NCBI GenBank assembly: GCA_050174015.1
Contig: JBFXKG010000002.1
Span: 218,252 to 282,251, forward strand
Direction of reading: 5' to 3'
DNA length: 64,000 nt
DNA from: Candidatus Krumholzibacteriia bacterium
GTDB taxonomy: Bacteria > Krumholzibacteriota > Krumholzibacteriia > LZORAL124-64-63
The translations under genes were made by a program, and so were the position numbers. This document shows, in pieces, positions 23,962 to 34,247 of this stretch (the first letter of the stretch is position 1; each line of letters begins with the position of its first letter). The notes beneath the pieces were generated by a model. It was not told the DNA's origin. It ran no database searches and worked only from the letters and a program-made list of their open reading frames with translations.

Positions 23962-24597
23962 ATGCAGAAATACGTGATCATGGGGGTGCAGGGCTGCGGC
24001 AAGGGGACCCAGGCCAAGCTGCTGGCCGAGGCCTACGACCTGGTCCACATCAGCGTGGGGGACATCTTCCGCCGGCAGATCCAGAACCACACCAAGCTGG
24101 CCGCCCGCATCAAGCGGATCGTGGCCGGAGGCATGCTGGTTCCGGACGACATCGTGGCCGAGATCATCCACCGCCGCCTGAGCGAGCACGACTGGAACTA
24201 CGGCTTCATCCTGGACGGGTTCCCCCGCAACGCGCCGCAGGCCGAGTTCTTCCTCGAGAGCTTCGACATCGATGCGGTGATCAACATCGAGGTGCCCGAC
24301 GAGGTGGTGCTCCAGCGGGTCCTGGCCCGGCGCCTCTGCAGCAACTGCGGTCTGGACTACAATCTCATCTTCCACCGGCCCGAGGTTCCCAACCGGTGCG
24401 ACGTCTGCGGCGGCGACCTGGTCCCACGGGCGGACGACACCGAGACCACGGTCCGTCGCCGCATCGAGGACTTCCACCAGAAGACCAGGCCCGTTCTGGC
24501 CCTTTTCGCCCAGAAGGAACTGGTGGTCTCGGCGGACGGCACCGGGACGGTCGAGGAAGTCCAGGCCGACATCCGCAAGAAACTGGGGCTGGCCTGA
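23962..24597 (+). CDS. adk: Adenylate kinase with zinc-binding LID
   Basis: GVQGCGKGTQ P-loop, ILDGFPR, CSNC...CDVC, RADD. Confidence 0.92.
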   Translation: MQKYVIMGVQGCGKGTQAKLLAEAYDLVHISVGDIFRRQIQNHTKLAARIKRIVAGGMLVPDDIVAEIIHRRLSEHDWNYGFILDGFPRNAPQAEFFLESFDIDAVINIEVPDEVVLQRVLARRLCSNCGLDYNLIFHRPEVPNRCDVCGGDLVPRADDTETTVRRRIEDFHQKTRPVLALFAQKELVVSADGTGTVEEVQADIRKKLGLA

Positions 24598-24638
24598 CGG
24601 CCAGCCCCCCTTCGTGAATCCCCTGTTCCGGTCACACC

Positions 24639-26813
24639 TCAGGAAGCCGCCCGGGCCGCTTTCCTCAGGGCCTTGCGCTCGTGGATGGGCAGGACCAGGG
24701 TGGGGTCCTGTTTGATGCGGCCTTTCTGGATCAGGAACACGACGCCCCACAGGATGATGCCCAGGCCGTCGACGGCCAGCGAAGGCAGGTCCACCGTGGG
24801 GGTGACGGCGTGGATGATCCCGGGAAAGAACAGGATGAGGGTGGCCACGGCCATGATGCCCCATTCCAGCAGGCTCATCCCGCAGGCCAGATAGCCCATG
24901 GTCAGGCTGCCGAAGGCGATCGTCCCCAGGGCGATGGTGAGGAAGGCCATGAAGATCTCCAGCGGGGTGCCGTCCAGCAGGAAGCCCCGGCTGTAGGCGA
25001 AGAGGAAGGGCCCGACGTAGAGGAACTTGGCGAACTTGAAGCTGGTCCAGCCGGTCTTCCAGGGATCGGAGCCGGCGATGGCCGCTCCCGCGTAGGCCGC
25101 CACGCAGACCGGCGGGGTGATGTTCGAATCCTGGCTGAACCAGTAGACGATCATGTGCGAGGCGATCAGGACCCAGGCCGCATGCTGGGCGGAACTGGCG
25201 ATCAACGCCCTGTAAGCATCGACGGACAGATCCCCCATGGCGGGGTTCTGGAGTTCGGCGAAGGATACCCCGAAGTTCTGCATGGCGATCATGTTCGAGA
25301 CCGAGCCCACGGTGAGCACCGCGGTGATCAGGTAGGCGGCGGTCACCGGGACGCCCATGCCCAGAACCAGGGAGGCGACACCGATCAGGAGGATGGCCAC
25401 CGGCAGGAATCCGCCCGACAGGCTGATGATGATGTCGGAGAACTTCAGGCCGATGCCCGAAAGGCTGATGGTGCCCACGATGATGCCGATCACGCCGACG
25501 GTCGCTCCGATGATCAACGTGTTCCGGGCCCCCTCGATCATGGCGTCGATGATCCGGCGCCAGCCCATCCTGTGGTCGGCGGTGCCCCAGCTGACGACGA
25601 CGCAGCTCAGGGTTGCAAGCACCGCCGCGAAGCCCGCGCTGAAACCCATCAGCATCATCACCACGATGATGACCAGAGGCGTGGCCAGGAACCACTCCTT
25701 CCTGAGGATCTGCCAGGCCGTCGGGGCGTCGGGATCGACCTTGCCGTAGATCCCGTACCGCTTGGCCTCGAAATGGATCATGACGAAGACCGACAGGAAG
25801 TACATGACGGCCGGGAAGATGGCCATCTTCATGATCTCGACGTAGGGGATCTCCGTCATCTCGGCCATGAGGAAGCCGCCGGCGCCCATGATGGGGGGCA
25901 TGAACATCCCCCCGATGGAAGCGGCGGGCTCGATGGCCCCCGCCACGTGGGGCTTGAATCCGGCCTTCTTCATCATGGGAATGGTGAAGGCGCCGGTCGA
26001 TACGGTGTTGGCGATGGCCGAGCCGCTCACCGAACCGAAGAACCCCGAGGCGATGACGGCGACCTTGGCAGGGCCGCCGACGGTCCGGCCGGCCAGGGCC
26101 AGGGGCAGGTCGATGAAGAACTTGCTGGCCCCGGAGGCCTTCAGGAACGAGCCGAAGAAGATGAACAGGATCACGTAGGTCACCAGGACGTCGGCCATGA
26201 TCCCGAAGACCCCGTCCTGGTTGTAGAAGAGGAAGTTGAGGGCGCGGGCGATGCGGAACCCGTCGTGGGCGAAGGCGCCCAGCACGGGCAGACCGTCGAG
26301 CAGGTTGCCGAACAGGAGGTAGGCCAGGAAGACCACCCCGGCCATGGTCATGCTCAGGCCCAGGACGCGGCGGGCCGCCTCCAGGGACACCAGGATGCCC
26401 ACGACGGCCACGAAGGTGTCGGTGGAGGATTCGGAACCCATGCGATAGTTCAGTTCGGCGTACTCGAGGATCCAGTAACCGACCACGCCGATCGAGACGA
26501 AGGACAGCAGGATGTCCGAGACGGAGGGGCGGTCGGTCCGGGACCTGGCGGTCATGGGGTAGGTCAGGAACACCATCACGAAGGTGAGCAGGACGTACAC
26601 GCCCAGGAAATACTGCGTGTCCACGGGCCGGATCGCCGCGTTGTACATGTAGAACAGGACCATGACCAGGCCCAGGGCGGAGGTCAACATGTACCAGAAG
26701 CTCTTCAGGTCTCGCCCGGACTTCGCGTCCTTCTCCATCAATTCATCGAGGACGGCCTGATCGGCGCCCTCGGGCAGGTCGTCCCGGGTGGTGTCGTTGT
26801 CGGGTCCGCTCAT
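24639..26813 (-). CDS. TRAP transporter fused 4TM/12TM permease (TAXI type)
   Basis: GGPAKVAV, SGSAIAN, GGMFMPPIMGA, GMGVP.TAAY, ITPPVC. Confidence 0.93.
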   Translation of the reverse strand: MSGPDNDTTRDDLPEGADQAVLDELMEKDAKSGRDLKSFWYMLTSALGLVMVLFYMYNAAIRPVDTQYFLGVYVLLTFVMVFLTYPMTARSRTDRPSVSDILLSFVSIGVVGYWILEYAELNYRMGSESSTDTFVAVVGILVSLEAARRVLGLSMTMAGVVFLAYLLFGNLLDGLPVLGAFAHDGFRIARALNFLFYNQDGVFGIMADVLVTYVILFIFFGSFLKASGASKFFIDLPLALAGRTVGGPAKVAVIASGFFGSVSGSAIANTVSTGAFTIPMMKKAGFKPHVAGAIEPAASIGGMFMPPIMGAGGFLMAEMTEIPYVEIMKMAIFPAVMYFLSVFVMIHFEAKRYGIYGKVDPDAPTAWQILRKEWFLATPLVIIVVMMLMGFSAGFAAVLATLSCVVVSWGTADHRMGWRRIIDAMIEGARNTLIIGATVGVIGIIVGTISLSGIGLKFSDIIISLSGGFLPVAILLIGVASLVLGMGVPVTAAYLITAVLTVGSVSNMIAMQNFGVSFAELQNPAMGDLSVDAYRALIASSAQHAAWVLIASHMIVYWFSQDSNITPPVCVAAYAGAAIAGSDPWKTGWTSFKFAKFLYVGPFLFAYSRGFLLDGTPLEIFMAFLTIALGTIAFGSLTMGYLACGMSLLEWGIMAVATLILFFPGIIHAVTPTVDLPSLAVDGLGIILWGVVFLIQKGRIKQDPTLVLPIHERKALRKAARAAS

Positions 26814-26936
26814 GGGGCTCGGCTTTCTTCGTTTCGGGTTCTTTCCTCGTGTCGGCAAGAGGGGGAAGGCAAGGCCCTCCCCCTCGGTTTCCTCAGGACC
26901 TCGTCGATGGGGCTGTCCGGTGGACGGCCGGCCCCA

Positions 26937-27917
26937 TCACTTCAGCTTGTCCGGGACGCTGATCCCGGTGTCTTCCCAGAACTTCACCGCACCGGGGTGC
27001 AGGGGGACCGAAGCTCCCAGGAAATTGTTCTCCAGGTTCATGGTGTCGAAGGTCTTCTTGGCGGCCACCATGGCTTCCATGCCCTCGGGACTCCACAGGG
27101 CCTTCATGATCCCGTAGACCACCTCGTCGGGGACGTTCTGGTTGACGCACAGGACGGTCGCGTCCTGGAAGGTGGCGCACGCAGGCGTGCCGTCGCCGTA
27201 GGTCCCCGCGGGGATCTCCATGGGGATGTAGGCGAACTCGTCGTAGAAGCCGCTGGCCTCGGCATCCTTGCCCACGTCGATCAGGCGGATGTCGACCTGG
27301 ACGCTGGCCTCGATGATGCTGCGGTTCGGATAACCGACCAGGACCCAGAAGGCGTCGATCTTGCCGTCCTTGAAGGCGCTGGCGGCGGCGCTGTAACCCA
27401 GGAACTGGGGATCGAAGTTGTCCCAGACTCCCAGGTGGCGGAAGAAGCGCTCGGCGCTGGCGGCGGCGCCGCTGCCCGCGTTGCCGACGGCCACGCGCTT
27501 GCCGGCCAGGTCCTTGGCGCTCTTGAAGGGGCTGTCGGCCCGGACCACGAGCTGGGCGGGAGCACCGTAGAGGAAGCCCATGGCCCGCTGGCCGTCGTAC
27601 TTGGTCTCGTCCTTGGGCAGCTTGCCCTTCCAGCCCAGGGCGCTGTCCACGGCATAACAGAGACCGAAATCGCTCTCCCCGGAGCTGACACGCTTCAGGT
27701 TCTCCACCGAACCGCCCGAGCCGATGGCCGAGAGCTTCACGTTTTCGAGATTCTTGGGCACGTAGACGGCCATGGCGTTGGCGAAGGTGTTGAAGGTCCC
27801 GCCGGTGGGGCCGCCGCCGACCTTGCCCTTGAATTCCTGGGCGGACGCCCCGGCAGGGAGCAGGGTCCAGGCGAGCAGGCACAGGCAGGCCGAGGTCAGG
27901 ATCAGGGTCTTCTTCAT
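26937..27917 (-). CDS. TAXI family TRAP solute-binding protein
   Basis: Signal peptide; GGPTGGTF, GGSVENL, VGNAGSG, PLHPGA. Confidence 0.93.
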   Translation of the reverse strand: MKKTLILTSACLCLLAWTLLPAGASAQEFKGKVGGGPTGGTFNTFANAMAVYVPKNLENVKLSAIGSGGSVENLKRVSSGESDFGLCYAVDSALGWKGKLPKDETKYDGQRAMGFLYGAPAQLVVRADSPFKSAKDLAGKRVAVGNAGSGAAASAERFFRHLGVWDNFDPQFLGYSAAASAFKDGKIDAFWVLVGYPNRSIIEASVQVDIRLIDVGKDAEASGFYDEFAYIPMEIPAGTYGDGTPACATFQDATVLCVNQNVPDEVVYGIMKALWSPEGMEAMVAAKKTFDTMNLENNFLGASVPLHPGAVKFWEDTGISVPDKLK

Positions 27918-28160
27918 TGTCGGGGCTCCTTTGCGGATGAAGGGGAACGATCCTTGTCCGGATACCCTAGCGGAAAGCGCCGGTTTGTGTCAACGGTCCA
28001 GTAGTTTCGGTTTTTTGCAACCGCCCGTCGGAGGCTTTCTGCGGGTTCTTCTGGAACTTTGCCGGGAAATCGCTTTAATGGAAGATTCATGATGGCCGGG
28101 GCGGGGGGGCGAACCCCGCGCCTCGTTATTATCCCAACGAACGCCCGGGGGGAAGGACCC

Positions 28161-28802
28161 ATGCCTCTGTTCAGGTCCAGCAAGGTGATCGAGTCCCAGA
28201 TCGACGACTTCCTCGATCAGGTGGCCGAGGGAGCCCTGGTCTTCAAGGAGGGGGTGCGCGCCTACCTGGCGGGCGAGCAGCAGGAATTCGAGAGGCGGCT
28301 GCAGGCCATCGCCTCCCACGAGTCCCAGGCCGACAAGCTGAGCAAGGAGGTCGAGGCCCACCTCTACAGCCATTCCCTGATTCCCGACCACCGGGGCGAC
28401 GTCCTGGGCCTGCTCGAGAACACCGACAACATCATCGACATGGCCAAGAGCAGCCTCCATCAGTTCGCGGTCGAGATCCCGGACATCCCCACGGAACTGC
28501 ACGAGGGATACCTGCGTCTCGCGGAGGCGAGCTGCCTGGCCGGCGAGTCGGCGGTCATGGCGGCCCGGGCCTTTTTCCGGGACGTGGCCGCCGTCAAGGA
28601 CCACCTGTTCAAGGTGCATCACTACGAACGCGAGGCGGACAAGCTCAGCGACGGCCTCAAGCGGCGCATCTTCAGGATGGATCTCGAACTGGCCCGCAAG
28701 ACCCAGCTGAGGTATTTCGCCCACAACGTGGAGTCGGTCTCGGATCAGGCGGAGGCGGTGGCTGACCGGCTGGCCATCTACGTGATCAAGCGGAACATCT
28801 GA
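28161..28802 (+). CDS. DUF47/PhoU-like phosphate transport regulator
   Basis: Two E..AD repeats, all-helical; directly upstream of the PiT gene. Confidence 0.85.
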   Translation: MPLFRSSKVIESQIDDFLDQVAEGALVFKEGVRAYLAGEQQEFERRLQAIASHESQADKLSKEVEAHLYSHSLIPDHRGDVLGLLENTDNIIDMAKSSLHQFAVEIPDIPTELHEGYLRLAEASCLAGESAVMAARAFFRDVAAVKDHLFKVHHYEREADKLSDGLKRRIFRMDLELARKTQLRYFAHNVESVSDQAEAVADRLAIYVIKRNI

Positions 28803-30286
28803 TGGAGATCCTGGTCTTCCTCTCCAGCGGGCTGTTCCTGGGCTGGTCCCTCGGCGCCAACGACGCGGCCAACGTCTTCGGGACCGCGGTCGGGTCGCGC
28901 ATGGTCAAGTTCAGGACCGCGGCTCTCCTCTGTTCCTTCTTCATCGTGCTGGGGGCGACCATCAGCGGTTCGGGGGCGGCCCACACCCTGGGCCAGCTGG
29001 GAGCCGTCAACGCCCTGGCCGGGGCCTTCACGGTGGCCCTCGCCGCGGCCCTGGCCACCTTCTGGATGACCCGGCTGAAGCTGCCTGTCTCGACCTCGCA
29101 GGCGGTCGTGGGGGCGATCATCGGCTGGAACGTCTACGCCTCGGCCCTGACCGACACCCGGTCCCTGACCCGCATCGTCCTGACCTGGATCGCCTGCCCG
29201 CTGCTCAGCGGATTCAATGCGGTGATCCTGATGCTTCTGCTGCGCTGGGCCATCCGGCGGGCCAAGCCCCACCTGCTGGAACTGGACGCCCTGACCCGTT
29301 TCGGCCTGCTCATCGTCGGTGCGTTCGGTTCCTACAGCCTGGGCGCCAACAACATCGCCAACGTCATGGGGATCTTCCTGCCCGAGAACCCGTTCCATGA
29401 CGTCCATTTCTGGGGCCTGACGTTCAGCGCCACCCAGCAGCTTTTCCTGCTGGGTTCGGTGGCCATCGGGGTGGGGGTGGTGACCTATTCCCAGCGGGTC
29501 ATGCGGACGGTCGGAGGGGGGCTCGTGCGGATGTCCCCGGTGGCCGCCCTGGTGGTGGTGCTGGCCCACTCGATCACCCTGTTCCTCTTCGCCTCGGCCC
29601 GGCTCGAGCATTGGCTGGCCACCCACGGCCTGCCCACCTTCCCTCTGGTTCCGGTCAGCAGCAGCCAGGCGGTGATCGGGGCCATCATCGGCATCGGTCT
29701 GCTCCGGGGGGGCAGGGGTATCCGGTACAACATCCTGGGGAGCATCTCCCTGGGGTGGCTGGCCACCCCGCTGGTCGCCGGCGTCATGTCGTTCCTGCTG
29801 CTGTTCTTCGTGGAGAACGTGTTCGACCAGGAGGTCTACCGGACCATCCGCTTCCGCATCGACCGCCAGGTGGTCGAGGAGGTGGAACGGCTCCACCTGC
29901 CGTCCGAGGGCCTCGCCGCCCTGGCCGGCAAGGACATGAGCAACCCCGTCCGGTTCCGGCGCAGACTGAGCGGCGCCACCGGACTGCCCGAGACCCAACT
30001 GGACATCATTACCGAACTGGCCCGGCTCACGTCCATCCGCGTGGATCCGGGGACGCTCGCCCTCGCCGGAGGCCGGGACTGGCTCACCCCTGGCCAGTGG
30101 CAGGCACTGAAGGCCCTGGACGGCAATTCCTACACGCGCTCCTGGGCCTTCCACCGGGATCTGGGCGAGGCCTCGCCGGAATGGCGCCCGCTCCCCGACA
30201 CCAAGGTGAACCGGTACTGGAACCAGGATCTCGAGCGGAAGCTGGAGTACCTGGACCGGATCTTCCAATCCCAGCCCGAGGAATGA
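28802..30286 (+). CDS. Inorganic phosphate transporter, PiT family, with soluble C-terminal extension
   Basis: GANDAAN, PVSTSQ, GANNIAN, PVSSSQ. Confidence 0.92.
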   Translation: MEILVFLSSGLFLGWSLGANDAANVFGTAVGSRMVKFRTAALLCSFFIVLGATISGSGAAHTLGQLGAVNALAGAFTVALAAALATFWMTRLKLPVSTSQAVVGAIIGWNVYASALTDTRSLTRIVLTWIACPLLSGFNAVILMLLLRWAIRRAKPHLLELDALTRFGLLIVGAFGSYSLGANNIANVMGIFLPENPFHDVHFWGLTFSATQQLFLLGSVAIGVGVVTYSQRVMRTVGGGLVRMSPVAALVVVLAHSITLFLFASARLEHWLATHGLPTFPLVPVSSSQAVIGAIIGIGLLRGGRGIRYNILGSISLGWLATPLVAGVMSFLLLFFVENVFDQEVYRTIRFRIDRQVVEEVERLHLPSEGLAALAGKDMSNPVRFRRRLSGATGLPETQLDIITELARLTSIRVDPGTLALAGGRDWLTPGQWQALKALDGNSYTRSWAFHRDLGEASPEWRPLPDTKVNRYWNQDLERKLEYLDRIFQSQPEE

Positions 30287-30289
30287 CCG

Positions 30290-31528
30290 ATGGGGGATGA
30301 TTCCCGCCGCGGCGTCTTGATGGGGCAGGAGCCCGGGGAACGGGCCTGGGACCGGTGCATCCTGCACGTGGACATGGACGCCTTCTTTGCGGGGGTCGAG
30401 GTCCTCGACGACCCGTCCCTCCGCGGCCGGCCGGTGATCGTGGGCGGCACCCCCGAAGGCCGCGGTGTGGTCTCGGCGGCCAGCTACGAGGCCCGGGCCT
30501 TCGGGGTCCACAGCGCCATGAGCGCCGCCAGGGCCCGGCAGCTCTGCCCGGAGGGCGTCTTCCTGCCCGGGCGGATGGAGCGCTACGCCCAGATTTCCCG
30601 CCTGATCCAGGCCGTCTTCGGCGATTACACCCCCCTGGTGGAACCCCTGTCCATCGACGAGGCCTTCCTCGACGTCACCGGTTGCCAGCGGCTGTTCGGC
30701 CCGGGCCCGGTGATCGGCCGGCGGATCAAGGCCCGGATCCGGGATGAAATCGGGCTGACCGCCTCGGTGGGCGCGGCGCCGAACAAGTTCCTGGCCAAGC
30801 TGGCCAGCGATCTCGACAAGCCGGACGGTTTCGTGGTGATCACGGCGGCGGAGGCTCCGGCCCTGCTGGCGGCCCTGCCCATCGAGAGGATGTGGGGGGT
30901 CGGCAGGGTGTCCGCGGCCCAGATGCACGCCTTGGGCATCCGGACCATCGGCGACCTGCTGGCCGTGCCGGTCCAGGCGGTCCGGGCCCGGTTCGGCGAC
31001 CACGCGGTCCGGTGGCTGGATCTGGGGCGGGGGATCGACGACCGTCCCGTGGTCCCGGATCACGAGGCCGTGTCCATCGGCAACGAGACCACCTTCGCCG
31101 AGGACATCGCGGACCCCGGGCAACTGCAGGACATCCTGGACCTCCTGGTGGACAAGGTGGCCAGGCGCCTGCGGGCCCAGGGACGGCTCGCCGGAACCCT
31201 GACCCTCAAGGCCCGCTACCCCGACTTCACCACGCCCACCCGCTCCCAGGGCCTGCCGCATCCCACCGATTCCACGGTGGAATTGCGGGATCTCGCCCGG
31301 CGCCTCCTGGCCGACCGGCTGGGCCGGGGCCGGCGGCCCCTGCGGCTGCTGGGGGTGACCGCCAGCCGGCTGGTTCCCCGGGACGGTGAGCCCCAGCAGG
31401 CGGAGCTGTTCGCCCCCGAGGGGTCGGACCGCGACCGGCGCCTCGACCGGATCATGGACCAGGTCCATGGGAAGTTCGGGGCCAAGCTGAGGCGGGGAAC
31501 GGCAACTGCCCGCAGGAAAACGGAGTAA
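30290..31528 (+). CDS. dinB: DNA polymerase IV (Y family)
   Basis: HVDMDAFFA, SYEAR, SIDEAF, NKFLAKLASD; start could be the second ATG (MGQEPG). Confidence 0.95.
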   Translation: MGDDSRRGVLMGQEPGERAWDRCILHVDMDAFFAGVEVLDDPSLRGRPVIVGGTPEGRGVVSAASYEARAFGVHSAMSAARARQLCPEGVFLPGRMERYAQISRLIQAVFGDYTPLVEPLSIDEAFLDVTGCQRLFGPGPVIGRRIKARIRDEIGLTASVGAAPNKFLAKLASDLDKPDGFVVITAAEAPALLAALPIERMWGVGRVSAAQMHALGIRTIGDLLAVPVQAVRARFGDHAVRWLDLGRGIDDRPVVPDHEAVSIGNETTFAEDIADPGQLQDILDLLVDKVARRLRAQGRLAGTLTLKARYPDFTTPTRSQGLPHPTDSTVELRDLARRLLADRLGRGRRPLRLLGVTASRLVPRDGEPQQAELFAPEGSDRDRRLDRIMDQVHGKFGAKLRRGTATARRKTE

Positions 31529-31614
31529 AGCCCACCTCCCTGACGGTCGATACCACCTCAAACGGGGATCCGGCGCGGCCGCATCCCCCGGACATCTGCA
31601 CCTGGAGTGGAGGA

Positions 31615-32835
31615 ATGTCGGTAGACCGGATCAAGGCCCGCATCATGACGGTCATGCGCAACCTGCCGCCCCTGCCTGCGGTGACGCGGCAGTTGCTGCT
31701 GACCATTGCGGATGAGAACGCCTCGGCCGGTGACGTCTCCAAGGTCCTCTCCAGCGACCAGGCCCTGGCGGGCAAGGTGCTGAAACTCGTCAATTCCTCG
31801 TTCTACGGCGTGCAGCAGGAAGTGACCACGATCAGCCGCGCGGTGGTCATGCTGGGCTTTACGGGAATCCGGAATCTGGCCATGGGTTTCGGGTCCGTTT
31901 CGGCCATGCAGAGCCTGGGCGGATCCCTGAAGATGGAAGGATTCTGGGCCCACGCCCTGGCGGCCGGCGCCGCCGCCCAGACCCTGGCTCCCCACTGCAG
32001 TCGCCGCACCGATCCGGAGGAGGCCTTCCTGGCCGGGTTGATGCACGACATCGGGGCCTACGTCCTGGCGGCCGCCATTCCGGACATCTACTTCGAGGTC
32101 CTGCGCAATCCGGATGGGGACCGTCTCCAGGCCGAGATGGATCTGTGCGGCATGACCCACGCCCAGGTGGGGCAGAGCCTCCTGAAGTTCTGGGAGCTGC
32201 CGGATGCGTTCTGCGACGCCGCGCGCCACCACCACGACGTGGCCCGGGCCACCGACGGCACCCAGCCCCTGACCAACCTGGTGGCCCTGGCCGACGTGCT
32301 CGCCTGCGTGTACGGTGGCGCCTTCGAAAACCCGGCCACCGAGGAGGAGGTCAGCCGGCTGCTGGCCGCCTCGGGTATCGGCCGGGACCACGTCCTGCTG
32401 GCCCTGCGCGGAATGGACCAGAAGGTCCAGGACATGAGCAGCTTCCTGCACATCGCCGGAGCCGACCTGTCGGACGGCCGCGTGGCCAAGAATGAGGAGA
32501 CGACCACCTGCGTCATCGTCACGACCGACGACAACCGCCGGAACTGGGTCGGCCTGCTCCTGGAATTCATGGGGCAGGACCTGTACCCCATGGAGTCGTA
32601 CTTCAACCAGGCCCCCGGCAGCGCCGAGGTGGGCCTGGTGCTGGTCGATCCCCAATGCATGACCAGCCAGAAATTCGACCAGTTGATGGTCTTCCTGTCG
32701 TCCCTGCCGGCCCGGGTCTGCATCCTGGCCGAGAGGGACGGGCACCTGCCCGCGAACACCCGGGATCTGCCCCGGCTCGATTTCGTCTTCACCCGGTCGG
32801 ATCTCGGCCGGGTCCTCGCCGGCCAGCCGGTCTGA
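31615..32835 (+). CDS. HDOD domain signal-transduction protein with a degenerate receiver-like C-terminal region
   Basis: LPPLP, DQALAGKVLKLVNS, AFLAGLMHDIG, THAQVG..L..WELP. Confidence 0.88.
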   Translation: MSVDRIKARIMTVMRNLPPLPAVTRQLLLTIADENASAGDVSKVLSSDQALAGKVLKLVNSSFYGVQQEVTTISRAVVMLGFTGIRNLAMGFGSVSAMQSLGGSLKMEGFWAHALAAGAAAQTLAPHCSRRTDPEEAFLAGLMHDIGAYVLAAAIPDIYFEVLRNPDGDRLQAEMDLCGMTHAQVGQSLLKFWELPDAFCDAARHHHDVARATDGTQPLTNLVALADVLACVYGGAFENPATEEEVSRLLAASGIGRDHVLLALRGMDQKVQDMSSFLHIAGADLSDGRVAKNEETTTCVIVTTDDNRRNWVGLLLEFMGQDLYPMESYFNQAPGSAEVGLVLVDPQCMTSQKFDQLMVFLSSLPARVCILAERDGHLPANTRDLPRLDFVFTRSDLGRVLAGQPV

Positions 32836-32880
32836 TCCCCGCTCCGGCCAAACCTGACGGCGGGGCCGATCGCCCATGAT

Positions 32881-32908
32881 CGCCCGGCTCTTCCCGCCCG
32901 GCTCTTCC
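32881..32908 (+). repeat. 14-bp tandem duplication in an intergenic region
   Basis: CGCCCGGCTCTTCC at 32881-32894 and 32895-32908. Confidence 0.8.
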
Positions 32909-33000
32909 CGCCTTGCTCCCGGCCTCCACTTTTGCGATCCTGGTGAGGCATGGCCCGGGGCCCTCCCGGACCGCCCTCGTTCCCGAAGGGAGTCCGTCCT

Positions 33001-33735
33001 TTGCAGAACCTGATGTACGGTTTTCTCGGCGGCCTGGCGGTCGCCCTGGCGACCGCGGTGACCTGGCGCATCGCCCGGCGGGGCCGGGGCGGGCGCCGGG
33101 GACCCGTCGCCCCCAGCGTGAGCTACGAGAGCTTCATCACCAGCATGAAGGCCGTGGGCGAACTGAGCGTCTTCCGCATCATGACCAAGGAGGTCATCAC
33201 CGCCAGCGACCACTGGTTCGGCGAGTTCGGCAAGAAGTACCTGCACTGGCTCCTGTCCTCGCACCGGATGACCCTGGTCATCGAGTTCGACGTGGACTTC
33301 CGGTACGACCTGACCGACCCGGCCTTCACCGTCGATTCCCTGGGGGACGGCGGGTTCCGCGTCACCCTGCCGGCCTGCCGTCACGAGGTGCTGATCCGGG
33401 ACATGCGGATCCACAGCGAGGACAAGACCGAACTATTGCCCTGGCTGATGCCCGACCTGCTGGGCCGCTTCTTCACGGGGGGATTCAGCGTCGAAGCCAA
33501 GAACAAGCTCATCAACGAGACCCGCGTGCAAGCCAGCCGGTTCGCGGGCGATCTCGTTCTGAAGGCGACCGGCGAGGCCCAGAAGTCGGCGGCCCGCACC
33601 CTGACGATGCTCGCCCAGGGACTGGGCGCCTGGCGCGTGGAATTCGAGTTCCTCGACAGCCAGGAATTCCGGCCCCAGGTGGACACCTCGCGGATCGAGG
33701 GCGCCTTGCCCCCGGCGGAAAGGGCCGGATCATGA
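33001..33735 (+). CDS. DUF4230-like protein with N-terminal membrane anchor
   Basis: N-terminal TM, then MKAVGELSV...DFRYDL...VTLP; TTG start after AAGGGAG; start uncertain. Confidence 0.6.
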   Translation: MQNLMYGFLGGLAVALATAVTWRIARRGRGGRRGPVAPSVSYESFITSMKAVGELSVFRIMTKEVITASDHWFGEFGKKYLHWLLSSHRMTLVIEFDVDFRYDLTDPAFTVDSLGDGGFRVTLPACRHEVLIRDMRIHSEDKTELLPWLMPDLLGRFFTGGFSVEAKNKLINETRVQASRFAGDLVLKATGEAQKSAARTLTMLAQGLGAWRVEFEFLDSQEFRPQVDTSRIEGALPPAERAGS

Positions 33736-34247
33736 GAAGGACCGTCATCGGCATCATGGGCGGATCCCAGGCCGATCCGCGCACCCTGGAACTGGCCGAG
33801 GAGATGGGCCGCCTCATCGCCGGACGGGGGTGGGTGCTGCTCTCCGGCGGACGTCCCACGGGAGTGATGCAGGCCAGCGTCACCGGGGCCCGACGGGCCG
33901 GCGGCCTGACCGTCGGCGTCCTGTTCGACGACGATCGCGAGGGGGCGGCAGAGGGCCTGGACATCGTCATCCCCACGGGAATGGGCGCCGCCCGGAACGT
34001 GGTGAACATCCTGGCCAGCGACGTGGTGGTGGCCTGCCGGGGCAACGGCGGCACCCTGAGCGAGATCGCCCTGGCCCTGCGCTTCGCCCGGCCCGTGGTC
34101 CTGCTGGACTTCGATCCCGGACGGGAGTTCCTCGATTCCTGCGCCGCCGGCGGCGCTCCCGGCCGCTGGACCCTGGCGGCCACGCCGGCGGAGGCCGCCG
34201 ACCGGGTGGCGGCCTACCTCGCCGAGCTGGGCCGGGAGCCCGCGTGA
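33732..34247 (+). CDS. TIGR00725/LOG-like (SLOG) nucleotide-binding protein
   Basis: IGIMGG, SGG..GVM.A...GA...GG.TVG, TGMG.ARN, GTLSEI. Confidence 0.85.
   Translation: MRRTVIGIMGGSQADPRTLELAEEMGRLIAGRGWVLLSGGRPTGVMQASVTGARRAGGLTVGVLFDDDREGAAEGLDIVIPTGMGAARNVVNILASDVVVACRGNGGTLSEIALALRFARPVVLLDFDPGREFLDSCAAGGAPGRWTLAATPAEAADRVAAYLAELGREPA

Noticed and set aside
24681..28004. 1107-aa plus-strand ORF
   Set aside because: Antisense of the TAXI-TRAP genes
23092..31528. SRAP plus dinB as a mutagenesis cassette or prophage/ICE cargo
   Set aside because: Separated by housekeeping genes; no imuA/imuB/dnaE2, integrase or recognisable LexA box
33732..34247. SLOG protein as part of an anti-phage or conflict system
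   Set aside because: Stand-alone TIGR00725-type gene in a metabolic operon with no effector or sensor neighbours
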